NCBI RefSeq assembly: GCF_009914755.1
Contig: NC_060933.1
DNA length: 64,000 bases
DNA from: the human T2T-CHM13v2.0 reference genome, Homo sapiens
Reading direction: 5' to 3' (one strand)
The notes beneath the pieces were generated by a model that did no database searches, was not told the origin of the DNA, and saw nothing but the letters and a program-made list of their open reading frames with translations. Position numbers and translations under genes: made by a program. This document shows, one piece after another, positions 13,501 through 30,322 of the stretch. How positions within the stretch are numbered: the first letter of the stretch is position 1; each line of letters starts with the position of its first letter.

Positions 13501-15355
13501 CATTTGTGTTGAGGGTTTAATCACAAATGAATAGAGAATAGTCGTGGTGAGAAAACCCACCATGCCTATCCTCTATTGCCTTGTTGTTAACATTTTATAT
13601 TGAAAACACTGAGAATTCCATCACGGAATATGCATGAAAAGGGCCTTATAAATGTGAACATCCTTCTAAATGCAAAGCATTCTTCTTAAAATGATATGAA
13701 TGACTTCAGTTTTTAATGAGGTGATAAAAAAATATTTGGGATTATCTGTCACGACGTCTCTTCAAGCCAGTATATAGGTTTATCATAAGTAATGTAAACT
13801 CAGGGATGTTTGCCAACTGGAAATTGATAGTTGTGGAAGTAACAAATGTATCCCCAGCACATAGAGCATTTTGGACAGAAGTAGCATTAACTCTAGGAAA
13901 CACCATGTCTCACTCCAGGTGAAAGTACTGCTATTCTAAGGGCTTTAACTTTTCTTCTCTCACACCCTTTCTTTACTAAAAATTCTTCCAGAAAAGTTTC
14001 TTTCAAAAATGTAAATAATGTTTGAAAACCAGAACAGCCTGCCTTATTTGTGGCACGCTTTAACCTAAAAAATTAATTTATTTTGACCAAAATAGGTGGT
14101 CATTTTGACCTTTCAGTGATACTTTCTCAATCCTTTCTCAACGAGGACCTATTGGCGTGAATTAACTTTTGCATTGCATTAGAAAAACTTTCTAGCTAGC
14201 TTCCTCTCAGAGGGCTAATTTCGTTCTCTGCACTTTGAGAAGCTATTTAAGTGAGCCATTTGTCTAGAAGCCACAGCAGTCAACTAAACTTCCAGTGATT
14301 GCCTGAAATTCTGCATGTATATGATTTGCATTGTTTGCAGAGAAGAAATAAGATGTTTGTCAAACGCTTTTATTCGTTATTGAAATAGTCAAGACACAGA
14401 TCATGTTGATTTTGATTGTAAGCTGGATGCAAAAACAGGATGATAATTAACAAAATTCATTAAAGAATGAGGTTTTCTTCAGTATGTAATTAGTGTACAC
14501 TTCATTTGCCTGTAGCTTTGTGGTAAACACAGTGGTTATTGAAGCCACTATTGTACCTTGGTATAAAAGAGAAGTTATTTAAATATTTATACCAATTGAG
14601 GGGTTGAGTGTTCCTTTGAATGACTGGTAAAATAGAGGTGTCTTTTGTGAAATGGAGGTGAGCTTTCAGAAGGAGATCTTCAGAAATGCCTGCCTTTAAT
14701 CACAGTGTGTAAAGAGTTTGTTTTTTAGGGCAAGTCATTAATTTGCTGAAAATCAACTGAAATAAAAAAATGCAATTTACTAAAAATGATTCTGCTTTAA
14801 AGTAAATTATATTTTCTCCGTTAGTTGGCTGCAAGGCAGGTAACTGGTGTGGGGCAGTATTATTTCTACAAACTGGAAAATTCACTCAACCAATACATAC
14901 ATTCTCAAGTAAAATGGAATATAACTATTTCCATGTATTCTTGAGGGACTCACCAACCTCCTCCCCACTCCTGTCAATAGAAATGAAATATTAGAATGTA
15001 AGCACTAGTACCTGAAGATAATTTAATTTGCTTAATTATATTTCTAAACTGGCTACTATTTTAGAATATTTAGTGGACATAAATTCAAAGAAAATAGAAA
15101 TATGTCAGGAACATTTGAGTTACTGAAGAATGACTCACTCTTTCATTAGCATCTTCCCACTTGAATTCATTCAGCACATTCCTGACAGAATGTTTAGGAA
15201 CAAATGTGATCTAATTGCTTCTTCCATAACTGTTTGTGGAATAAAGAGAAGAATGAACTAACATTTAATCGCAAATGTACACATGCTCTAAATTGCCTGT
15301 AACTTCATAAAGCTTTATTGATTAGTGACCATTATATTTTTTCTTAACTAGTTTT

Positions 15356-17053
<1,698 letters not shown>

Positions 17054-18149
17054 TCTTAACTAGTTTTATGCAAAGGAGAATAGTGCATTGATTTTGGAAG
17101 GGTCAGATGTTTTAAAAAGGTAAGTCATTCCTATTTAATCTTTGGTTTTTTGGAATGCTCACAACTATAACTTGAGTTGGCTACCAAAATTCTACCTTGG
17201 GCAAATACAGGGAGACAAGAAGCATAGATTTGGTTACAGCACATTTGCTACTTTGAGTTATATGATATTACAAAGAAAAAATCAGAACATCCTACATAGT
17301 TTGTAAAATCTGTTACCCTGTGGGGTTTTTAAGTGTTATTATTTGCCTGTATTTTACAAGACTTACCTAATGTATTATGTCTCTACCAGTAACGAACTAT
17401 ATACATAAAAAACCCTTTAAGTTTCACACATAAATATTTCATATAACTTCACATTTTCTGATTTTACTTTGTATTCTAAACTAATACTCTAAATCATTTC
17501 TACATTTTTATGGAAAGGAAAAAGGAAGCTGGGGAAGGCTGGATATGCACCAAACACTTTACTAAGGGATGTATATGTATTTCTCAGAACAACCTGAGGT
17601 AGGAAATAAATATCTACATTTGGCAATATAGAGCTATTTAATGAAAAATGGAATAAATATCTTGGAGAAATATAATTTTAGAAAGGTACCACTTACAGTA
17701 GTAACAAAACTATAAAAACTGAAGTCTGAAAGAGGTACAAAATGGAGTATTAACGAATAACTCAAAGATATAAAGTTAATTAAGACCACATTATTTACTT
17801 GTGTACACGTGAAGCCTATGGGACCAATAATTAATTTCATCTCAGAAAGGCAAAACAGATTTAAATAAGAGAAAGAGAAAAGAGGAAAGAGAAAGAAAAA
17901 GCCTGCATTGTTTTAAATAGCAAACAGCTTCCATTTTTTATTGTTTGAGATAGTAAACTACTGGTTAGCAGGCCCCTCTCAGAAAGGCCAGCCCATGCTC
18001 TGCCCTGGAGAGAATGGATGTGTCACATACAGATTCTCTAGGAGAGCTGGGCATCTAACTGTGGTGGATACATGACAGGCTTTCTCTCTACTGTTGTCAT
18101 CAGGTTTCTGTGTTAGTGTTTATATTTCATTGTACCAGGAATACATCAT

Positions 18150-20310
18150 CAACCTTATCAATATCCCTCAGGATAGAATTATAAATCCTTACTGAAAGAT
18201 TATGGGATCTAATAAATGGAGAGATATAAAATGTTCATGAATGGGAAGTCTTAATGTCATGAGGATGCCAATTTCCCCACAAATTAATCCACATATCTAG
18301 CATAACCAGAATGATTTTGAAGAAGAAAAGGATGAGTGTTGCTCTATTTGTTACAAAGCTATAAGAATTAAAACAGTGTGATATTAGAACGTAGATAGAG
18401 AAATAGAACAACATAGATAACTAAAGAACCTATAAATAGACACATATAAAAAAGAACTTGGTATATCACAGATGTGCTGTTAGAGATAATTGGTAAAGGA
18501 TGTAATAAATGGTTACATAAAAACAAATTTCAGACATATTAAAAGTTTAAATGTGAAAAGCATGACCTTAAAACTTAAAAATGAACTTGTATAAGAATTT
18601 ACTTAACTAGGACATAAAAAGCACAACCTGTAAAAGAAAATATTATACTTTAAATTATATTAACATTTTAATGGCATAGAAATTTAATATGCTTTAACAT
18701 TCCATAAACAAGGTAAAAGGACAAGACACAAGCTGGAAGGTATTCTTTGCAATGTACATAACTGGCAAAAAAATATGTAATATATGAAGAACTCCTAGAT
18801 TTTGAATATTAGCCCTTTGTCAGATGGACAGATTGCAAAAATTTTCTCCCATTCTATAGGTTGCCTCTTCACTATGATGATAGTTTCTTTTGCTGTGCAG
18901 AAGCTCTTCAGTTTAATCAGATCCCATTTGTCTATTTTGGCTTTTGTTGCCATTGCTTTTGGTGTTTTAGTCATGAAGTCTTTGCCCATGCCTATGTCCT
19001 GAATGGTATTACCTAGGTTTTCTTCTAGGGTTTTTATGGTTTTAGGTCTTACGTTTAAGTCTTTAATCCATCTTGAGTTAATTTTTGTGTAAGGTGTAAG
19101 GAAGGGATCCAGTTTTAGCTTTCTGCATATGGCTAGCCAATTTTCCCAACACCATTTATTAAATAGGGAATCCTTTCCCCATTTCTTGTTTTTTCACGTT
19201 TGCCAAAGATCAGATGGTTGTAGATGTGGAAACCATCATTCACACCTAACTAACACAAGAACAGAAAACCAAAGACAGCATGTTCTCACTCATAAGTGGG
19301 AGCTGAACAACGAGAACACATGGACACAGGGAGGAGAACATCAAACACGGGGGCTTGTCAGGGGGTGGGGGGCTGGGGAGGGATAGCATTAGGAGAAATA
19401 CTTAATGTAGATGATGGGTTGATGGGTGCAGCAAACAACCATGGCACGTGTATACCTAGGTAACAAACCTGCACGTTCTACACATGTACCCCAGAACTTA
19501 AAGTATATATAAAAAAAGAACTCCTAGAGATCATTCTTAAAAAGATGAACAGCCCAATAGAAAAAAATGAATCATTAGAAGGACACATGGATGGCTAATA
19601 CACATGAAAGAGGTTCTCAGCCTTACTCATCATAAGGGATTTACAAATTAAAATAACAGAAATAGCATTTCGTACCCATCAGATAGGCAACAAATTTAAA
19701 GGACCAACGAAGGCAGTTGTCAGTGAGAAAGTAAGGTTATGAGAAGCACTCCTATACTGCTGGTGGGAGCATAAATTGGTATAACCACTTTAAAGAGCAA
19801 CTTGGCAGTGTCTATAAGGTTGAATATATTCATGTCCTAAATCCCAGCAATTTCACTTTAAAAATCTACCTTAGAGAAGCCCTTACACTTACATTCAATT
19901 AAGTATTGAATGTTATAGCCTAAAAATGAAAGAAAATCATGAATATCCATCAGAAGGTAAATGGGAGAATAACGTATTGCTTATTTATACAATAAACACT
20001 ATATAAATAAATAACAGATCTACATGTATTAAAATAGATAGATTTCAAAAATAAAATATTCAGGGGGAAGGGATACCATTTTACAACATGGCATCATTTT
20101 TTGCCATTTTAATGTTACATAAATCTTTATTAGATTTCATTTAGAGAAAATATATATAAAGACAGAGGTGCGAAAAATATGCTTCAACTTTGGGATGTTC
20201 GCTAACCTCTTTAGGCAGAGGAGGACAGATAATTGGGTTGGGATGCTATGCATAGTACACTTTAGCCCTATCTATAATATGTTACTGATTTTTTAAAAAT
20301 GATAATATAA
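18150..20310 (+). mobile_element. Ancient L1M (L1ME-like) ORF2/3'UTR fragment, interrupted by element D
   Basis: Degenerate ORF2 words 'aataaatggagagatataaaatgttcatgaatgggaag' and 'actgctggtgggagcataaattggtataaccacttt' continue on both sides of the inserted L1PA. Confidence 0.7.
18800..19515 (+). mobile_element. L1 element D: 5'-inverted L1PA7-like insertion (inverted ORF2 piece 18800-19228, sense 3' end 19228-19515)
   Basis: Minus-strand ORF2 peptide [16 protein letters not shown]. Plus-strand 3'UTR 'gatgggttgatgggtgcagcaaac...cccagaacttaaagtat' followed by an A-tail. TSD aagaactcctaga at 18787-18799 and 19516-19528. Confidence 0.92.
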
Positions 20311-22299
20311 AATGTTTCTATTTGTTTAAATGGCTAGTGGTTGCACACATATTTGCTTCATTATTTCAGTGTGCTTTAATGACTGAGATATTTTGTAATG
20401 CATGTATAACAAAAACTTGGGATAATATCTGGCAAATAGAACAAAATAAATGGTAACTGTTTTTATTAGCAGTGGTTGAACTGGAAAATCACTGAAACAT
20501 AAAGTGACAACGCTCGGTGCCCAAGATTTAATATATTTTTGCCTCACAATATAATTAAGCAATAGTCAAAAGTATGACAGCAGAACCCAACATCATGGGG
20601 CCTCCTATGAGTTCATGAACTGTGCCTCTAGTAAATAATGTCAGGATGATGAATCTCAGTACTGAAGGAGAGGGACTCTTTTTTTACACTTGACCTTTGG
20701 AATTAACGAAAACCATTATCCTTTAAGGGAAAAATAATTCTTTTTTCTTTATCAAGTTCTAATTTCCTTACAGCTTACACAGCCCCTATCTTTTATTTAT
20801 GAGATGTCCTGCATTTGCTAGGATTCTGCCATTTATTCCAAACAACAAATAGATACCAAGATTAATTATCTAAAAGACATTGGAAGTAATAAAATGTGAA
20901 GCATTAAAAGCCCCAACACTAATGCAGACAGATTTTTAGGCTCAGACAACCTCTCAAATACAGAGTAAAATTCGGTTTAAAAAATGTTAACATTTAGTTA
21001 GAAATACATAAATAACACGTGTGAATTTTATTACTCTTTTGGGGGGCATTTTCACGTTTCATATTGTAAGGCCCTTCCGAAAGAGAACTTTGTCAATAAT
21101 GGTGAAATTTCGGTTTTACAGAAATTCTTGCTAGGCATGAACTCCAACTTTTTTTCTTCAGGTTAGTATTCAAATTCCTGAGTTAGTCACCACTTAGAGT
21201 TAATGTTAAACAAACTAGAACACTCTGAAACGAATGATGAATATCACATATCTTTAGTATAGTTATAAATGTAAGGAGATGGATATTTGCTGCTTAACTT
21301 CGGAACTGTCTTAATAAGCATAAACATAAGACTTATATTATACCTCAGAAAACCACTTGAGGCACCAAAGAATAGTTTATTGCTTCCCTGTACTAAATGT
21401 CCTTAATATAAAGAGCAAATTCACCTTATGGAAAGGCAACTATCTTCCCAAGGAGTCCCTTAGTTGTTTGTAAGGTAATGCTGAAGCTATCAACCCGTGC
21501 GTTGAGTTTAAATGCCTATCCTAAATAGACCATGTCTGACTTAGTCATGTATGGAGGCACCATCCATCAGTAGTTGAAGGCAGCTGAAAAGGAGTGGTTG
21601 GGGATTCTTCTAGTGGTTGAACAAGGTCATTTGGCATCAGAGGTCTGCACAGAGGGGTGCTGAGTAGAACTGGAGTGGTCAGACAGCCTTCTGGAATCAT
21701 ATGATCAAAAGTCAGATATGTGATACCTAAATTTAAGAAAGTATGAGAGGATACTTCAGGCTGTGAGCAGTGACAAAATGTCCTTTTGATACAGCACACC
21801 CTCTCCTAGAATTTTAAAATTTTCTAATATGGATACACATGACTTTTTTTTTAGTTTTTAGAGTTAGTGCTATTTCAGAGTAGGTAGAAATTTGCATCTT
21901 TAAACTAAGATTGTAATCGGGCTGACCAACTGAAGTAAAACACTAACAAGACATTATTTAAAGAATAATATTATTAAGTGATGCAATTTCTAAATGTTCA
22001 TTTTAAAATTTGTATCCTGTTTTCCCTGGTTGTTAATGGTAATTTTTAAGTAAGAGAACAATGTCGTAATTTTGCTAAATTTAAAAAATGGTAGCGTTAT
22101 TACCCAATGGAAAGTTTGGGAAAGGAGAACAATTTAGTTTCTTGTGTGTGTTATTAAGTTCAGTTTCAACTTGATGTTGACAAGGAAGAAAATGAATATT
22201 AAAAGAATTAAAGATCTATATTGTTTAAACATATAAACGTTTCTTTTGCTAAGAGAAAATATCTGTATCTATAATTAAATTTTAACACCAACTTTGAAA

Positions 22300-22460
22300 A
22301 TGTGGGATTTGATATCAAGGTGCATTTATAGAGCTGAAAACCTGAGGAGGGGTTGTGTTGTTGGGTTGAAGCTTCATTTCCAACTGGCTGTGAGACTTTA
22401 GGCAAGTCATAGAACTCTTTAAACCTTGTCTTCTTGACCTTTAAAATAAACATGTTCTGG
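22300..22460 (+). mobile_element. MIR SINE fragment
   Basis: 'actggctgtgagactttaggcaagtcatagaactctttaaaccttgtcttcttgacctttaaaat'. Confidence 0.6.
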
Positions 22461-24739
22461 ATGATCTTGAACCCTAAGATATTATGTTTCAAATTTGATA
22501 TTTAATGGAAACTTTAAATTCTTAGAGTTCTTCCTAGTAGACTCACCTTCCTTCCCAGTTCTCCACAAACACCAGCTGGCTGCCCATCCATTCTGCAGAC
22601 ACTGTGCATTTATCAATATAATATTGGTAACGATTAATATGCACATTGCTCTTTACACAGTGGATACTTGTATGTCAAAGCTAATTATGTGCTTTTGGGA
22701 TGTCGTATTCCTGAAACACAATTTAACATCAAAACACCTTAGTCTGATTCCTACTTAACTCTAATCTTGCTTCTGACAATATCCATTTAGAACTTCTTAG
22801 CTTCAACTTTCTGAGACCACTTTTTGTTTCATATCATATTATCAGTTCAGTGCCTTGCTCACAGGACTTCTTCTGCCTGGAATGTCTTCCTTCCCTACTC
22901 TCTAGACTTTCCTTTCTTAACTCAATCCAAGTCCTACCTGCTCCAGGAAGCCAGCTCTCATTCTGGTCCTCAGGGTGGCCTTGTCTCTCCAAAGTCCTAT
23001 GGGTCTCACTATCTTTGCTCATGGAACCAGCCCATGGCATGCCTCCTCAGGCTGCCTGGAAGACTCTACACAGATATGGAGAATCCTTGACTCAGGCTGA
23101 GGGGCAGTCTAGTACCAGGCTCTTAATCTTCAGAGATGGAAGACCAAGAAGGGAATTTTAGTCCAAGTCTGGGAAAAGAAGAAGGTATATTGAGATTTCA
23201 GAGGGTAGGATTTAGGGAAGGGGCTAAGAAGAGGGAAAGCAAAAAAAAAAAAAAATAAAATAAAAAAGGCAAACAAAGGTTTCGTTTGGCTAGAGGTGCA
23301 GTTGGACACAAGGTAATTAAAAAATTCAGACTAGGAAATAAGTCTGTGGTCTTGTTTCAAGAATGTTGTCAATTTGTTGTAGCGTGCTGCTGGAGACTGA
23401 AACCCTCCTATTTTGCAACTTTACTTATCATTTTATACATATAGATCATTTGCCCTAGCGTATTTTTAAGCAAGGAATATGTTTGACACTACTTTGTTTT
23501 TCCAGCCCATGGAACAGAATCTTAAGCAGGGTAAAAATAATAAAATAGTAACAACAATAGTAATAATTATTAAAATGTGAGCAATAGTAATGGGAGTATA
23601 TATCATTTATTGATGCTATAGTGATAATAACTGTATTAATAACAATCTTGGTAACAATAATAATAATTATAGTTATTGACTATCATGATAGTAACTGTCA
23701 TTTATTACCCTCTTCTGTATCACGTGCTGCCTTAAGCACTTTGAATACATATCTTCATTAATCTTAGAGAGAGGGTAACATTTCCCTCTCGTAATGGAAG
23801 AAGAAATGAAAAGCAGTTTTTCCAGGGTCACAAAGATCTGTTACTTAAGTTGTTAAAATGATGCAATTTAAAGAATACAGGAATTCAACTTAACAACCAT
23901 TTACTGAGCATCAACTTTACTCAGCACCATAGTATAGGTACTAACAGGGGATATAAAAATGAGTTAAGTAGTCTATACTTTCTAGGAGTTCAGAATGTTA
24001 ACATTTTAATTCTAACTGTTGGGATATTTTTGTTTTTAGGTCAGCTCACTGGGATAATGGCAAAGTACTTAGAATACAGTATCATTAATTCAGGATATAT
24101 CATCCTGTTAATAGGAAAATCTTCAGAAACAGCGCTTGATTTTATTAAAGAAGTCTTAAACTCAGTTACATATGAAGCAGGTTCAAAGGAGCTGATGAGC
24201 ACAGAAAATTTCAGGTAGACATTATTATAGTTTGCAATTATATTCCCACATAGGGCTATTGCTTTGCACCCTCAATTGCCTTTTAATGGATTTGAGCATT
24301 GACATATGTATGTTTAGATGGCTTCCTGACTCCATTTAGAAAGTACAATTTAGTAAATTGGTTTGAATGTAGGACCAGTTACCAGTGCTGGCTAGTGTAC
24401 CAAGTTTCTATGGGGACTGTTCATCTTTATGTATTACATATGCCCCAAAGAATGAATGAATGCATGTGTGGAGAATGTGTATAGGAAGCTAAGTAAGTTG
24501 TTGAAAACTATGGTGTTGTGTGCTGGACACCAATCTGGTATAATTGTTATTAATAGTAGAAGAAATTCGCCTTAGCTTTTTATGTACCTTAACTTCCTGG
24601 CAATTAATAATGCATGACACTGATGGAAATATGGCTAAAACGTTGCGTCATTTAATATTAAGTCCACCGTATGTGCCTGAAACTTCCCCAGACAGTGGCG
24701 TGAAAATAGACATTTGTTTTTTCCTTATGTAAAAGAAAC

Positions 24740-25115
24740 TTTCCAGAGATAGAAATTTCAGGACCAGTATGATCAAAGGTGCTAGGGACACAGCTTATTC
24801 TACTTTCCTTCTAAGTCATCCATGCCTCCCGTTCGCAAGGATACTTGGTGATCCAAAATGGCACCAGAGCTCCAGTCATTACACCTATATTCCAGCCAGT
24901 GAGAAAGAGGAAAGGACAAATGGAGGAACGGTGCATATTAGCTGGCTTGTAAGAGATCTTCCGGTTGCTGTCACTCACTTTCTTTTTATATCTCACTGGC
25001 AAGGATTTGGTTACATACCCATGCCTAGGTGCAGGGGAATCTGGGCAGCCATACAGCTAGCTTAAGGAAGAAGGGAGAATGGGTACTGGAGTGAGCAGCT
25101 AACAGTCTCTGCCAC
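24740..25115 (-). mobile_element. Old MLT1 (J/K-like) LTR fragment
   Basis: 'aaaatggcaccagagctccagtcattacacctatattccagcc' and the terminus 'gcagctaacagtctctgccaca'. Confidence 0.55.
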
Positions 25116-25245
25116 AGTGATATAGTAGGTGAAACAATAATTGAATAAAATCCCCCAAGTGTGCACGATGAATACAAAATTCACTTGCCAGTGGCTTTAA
25201 AATTTTTGGCGGGTGATGAAAGTGTTTTAGAATTAGATAGTGGTC

Positions 25246-26153
25246 GGGAAGAGGAGCCCAGATGGCCGAATAGGAACAGCTCCAGTCTACAGCTCCCAGC
25301 ATGAGCGACGCAGAAGAAGGGTGATTTCTGCATTTCCATCTGAGGTAGCGGGTTCATCTCACTAAGGAGTGCCAGACAGTGGGCGCAGGTCAGTGGGTGA
25401 GCGCACTGCGCGCGAGCCGAAGCAGGGCGAGGCATTGCCTCACTTGGGAAGCGCAAGGGGTCAGGGAGTTCCCTTTCCTAGTCAAAGAAAGGGGTGACAG
25501 ACGGCACCTGGAAAATCGGGTCACTCCCACCCAAATACTGCGCTTTTCCGACGGGCTTAAAAAACGGCGCACCAGGAGATTATATCCTGCACCTGGCTCG
25601 GAGGGTCCTACACCCATGGAGTCTCGCTGATTGCTAGCACAGCAGTCTGAGATCAAACTGCAAGGCAGCAGCGAGGCTGGGGGAGGGGCGCCCGCCATTG
25701 CCCAGGCTTGCTTAGGTGAACAAAGCAGCCGGGAAGCTCGAACTGGGTGGAGCCCACCACAGCTCAAGGAGGCCTGCCTGCCTCTGTAGGCTCCACCTCT
25801 GGGGGCAGGGCACAGACAAACAAAAAGACAGCAGTAACCTCTGCAGACTTAAATGTCCCTGTCTGACAGCTTTGAAGAGAGCAGTGGTTCTCCCAGCACG
25901 CAGCTGGAGATCTGAGAACGGGCAGACTGCCTCCTCAAGTGGGTCCCTGACCCCTGACCCCCGAGCAGCCTAACTGGGAGGCACCCCCAAGCAGGGGCAG
26001 ACTGACACCTCACATGGCCAGGTACTCCAACAGAACTGCAGCTGAGGGTCCTGTCTGTTGGAAGGAAAACTAACAAACAGAAAGGACATCCACACCAAAA
26101 ACCCATTTGTACATCACCATCATCAAAGACCAAAAGTAGATAAAACCACAAAG
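25246..26153. promoter_or_regulatory. L1 5'UTR: internal sense promoter and antisense promoter, CpG-rich
   Basis: Complete 5'UTR starting gggaagaggagcccagatggccgaataggaacagc. Its 908-bp length matches the short form lacking the ~129-bp ZNF93-bound segment. Promoter activity is inferred, not shown. Confidence 0.75.
25390..25698 (-). CDS. L1 ORF0 homologue, extended to 102 aa
   Basis: MAGAPPPASLLPCSLISDCCASNQRDS... starts at element position ~453 antisense, matching primate L1 ORF0. Translation is not demonstrated. Confidence 0.6.
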   Translation of the reverse strand: MAGAPPPASLLPCSLISDCCASNQRDSMGVGPSEPGAGYNLLVRRFLSPSEKRSIWVGVTRFSRCRLSPLSLTRKGNSLTPCASQVRQCLALLRLARSALTH

Positions 26154-27168
26154 ATGGGGAAAAAACAGAGCAGAAAAACTGGAAACTCTAAAAAGCAGAG
26201 CGCCTCTCCTCCTCCAAAGGAACGCAGTTCCTCACCAGCAACAGAACAAAGCTGGACGGAGAATGACTTTGACGAGCTGAGAGAAGAAGGCTTCAGACAA
26301 TCAAATTACTCCGAGCTACGGGAGGACATTCAAACCAAAGGCAAAGACGTTGAAAACTTTGAAAAAATTTAGAAGAATGTATAACTAGAATAACCAATAC
26401 AGAGAAGTGCTTAAAGGAGCTGATGGAGCTGAAAACCAAGGCTCGAGAACTACGTGAAGAATGCAGAAGCCACAGGAGCCGATGCGATCAACTGGAAGAA
26501 AGGGTATCAGCGATGGAAGATGAAATGAATGAAATGAAGCGAGAAGGGAAGTTTAGAGAAAAAAGAATAAAAAGAAACGAGCGAAGCCTCCAAGAAATAT
26601 GGGACTACGTGAAAAGACCAAATCTACGTCTGACTGGTGTACCTGAAAGTGACGGGGAGAATGGAACCAAGTGGGAAAACACTCTGCAGGATATTATCCA
26701 GGAGAACTTCCCCAATCTAGCAAGGCAGGCCAACATTCAGATTCAGAAAATACAGAGAACACCACAAAGATACTCCTCGAGAAGAGCAACTCCCAGACAC
26801 ATAATTGTCAGATTCACCAAAGTTGAAATGAAGGAAAAAATGTTAAGGGCAGCCAGAGAGAAAGGTGGGTTACCCTCAAAGGGAAGCCCATCAGACTAAC
26901 AGCGGATCTCTCGGCAGAAACTCTACAAGCCAGAAGAGAGTGGGGACCAATATTCAACATTCTTAAAGAAAAGAATTTTCAACCCAGAATTTCATATCCA
27001 GCCAAACTAAGCTTCATAAGTGAAGGAGAAATAAAATCCTTTACAGACAAGCAAATGCTGAGAGATTTTGTCACCACCAGGCCTGCCCTAAAAGAGCTCC
27101 TGAAGGAAGCGCTAAACATGGAAAGGAACAACAAGTACCAGCCACTGCAAAATCATGCCAAATTGTAA
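26154..27168 (+). pseudogene. L1 ORF1p coding region, disrupted by two 1-bp deletions
   Basis: Runs from MGKKQSRKTGNSKKQSASPPPKERS to TAA at 27166-27168. Length is 1015 versus 1017 nt, with frameshifts near 26365 and 26866. Confidence 0.93.
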
Positions 27169-27231
27169 AGACCATCGAGACTAGGAAGAAACTGCATCAA
27201 CTAACAAGCAAAATAACCAGCTAACATCATA

Positions 27232-27485
27232 ATGACAGGATCAAATTCACACATAACAATATTAACTTTAAATATAAATGGACTAAATGCTCCAATTAAA
27301 AGACACAGACTGGCAAATTGGATAAAGAGTCAAGACCCATCACTGTGCTGTATTCAGGAAACCCATCTCACGTGCAGAGACACACATAGGCTCAAAATAA
27401 AAGGATGGAGGAAGATCTACCAAGCAAATGGAAAACAAAAAAAGGCAGGGGTTGCAATCCTAGTCTCCGATAAAACAGACTTTAA
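27232..27485 (+). pseudogene. L1 ORF2 N-terminus (partial endonuclease domain, about 84 codons), truncated by the Alu
   Basis: MTGSNSHITILTLNINGLNAPIKRHRL...SDKTDFK, then reads into Alu sequence (AGHGGSRL stop). Confidence 0.93.
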
Positions 27486-29317
<1,832 letters not shown>

Positions 29318-29889
29318 AGCTATGAGAACTCATGGACACAGGAAGGGGAACATCACACTCTGGGGCCTGTTGTGGTGTGGGGGGAGGGGGGAGGGATAGC
29401 ATTGGGAGATATACGTAATGCTAGATGACGAGTTAGTGGGTGCAGCGCACCAGCATGTCACATGTATACATATGTAACAAACATGCACATTGTGCACAAG
29501 TACCTTAAAACTTAAAGTATAAAAAAAAAAAAAAGAAGAATTAGATAGTGGTCATGATTACACAATATACTAAAAACTACTTAATTGTATACCCTTTGAA
29601 GGATGACTTCTATGAATTACATGTTGATTTTTAAAAAGAATCCTGTGGTCTATACAGTTTAAGAAGGGAAAACAAAGACTCAAAAACTTTATTCTCTAGA
29701 ATATAAAGACAATAGTTTAAAAAAGAGTGGAGGCTCTCACAACATGTCTTGTGGCTCTGTTTATATAAGGAGAAATGCTCCCACAGTAATACTTTATGCC
29801 TGATGCTGGCCTGTAAGGCAAAGTGAGAGATAAATGGTTGAACTGCAGAGTGGCAGGTAGTGATAATAATAGTGATGAACACAGCAGCA

Positions 29890-30090
29890 GCACACATTTA
29901 TTATTTATCAGACACTAAGTTATGAATGTGACATAATGGCAGACATTTCAGATCATATCAGAAATAATCTTATGAGAAAACTGAGGCACGGAGTGATTAA
30001 CCACCTTATCAAGGTTACATGCTTTGTAGGTAGTAGAATGCGGGTTACAGTTCGGGCAGCCTGATTCCACAGTCCATAGTCCTGATTGCT
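29890..30090 (-). mobile_element. MIR SINE fragment
   Basis: 'atgagaaaactgaggcacggagtgattaaccaccttatcaaggttacatgct...ggcagcctgattccacagtcc'. Confidence 0.65.
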
Positions 30091-30322
30091 ATACTGCACT
30101 ATATGCTGCCTCTAAACACTGAAGCAGGAGCCATGGACTCTCATTTACAAGTAAGGAAACTGAAGCTGAACCAGCTTAAATATCTGGCTGTAATGATCAT
30201 ATAGCTAGTAATAAGGTGTTACTGGGTTCAAAACTAGACCTAGATGATTCTAAAGCCATTAATTCCTATATGTTATTGCCTGCCAGGTAATCAGACTTTC
30301 TCTTTCTGCCAAAAGTGTCCTC

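Noticed and set aside
29375-29400. G-quadruplex-like G tracts here and near 46346-46367
   Set aside because: Standard L1 3'UTR polypurine tract, not specific to this locus.
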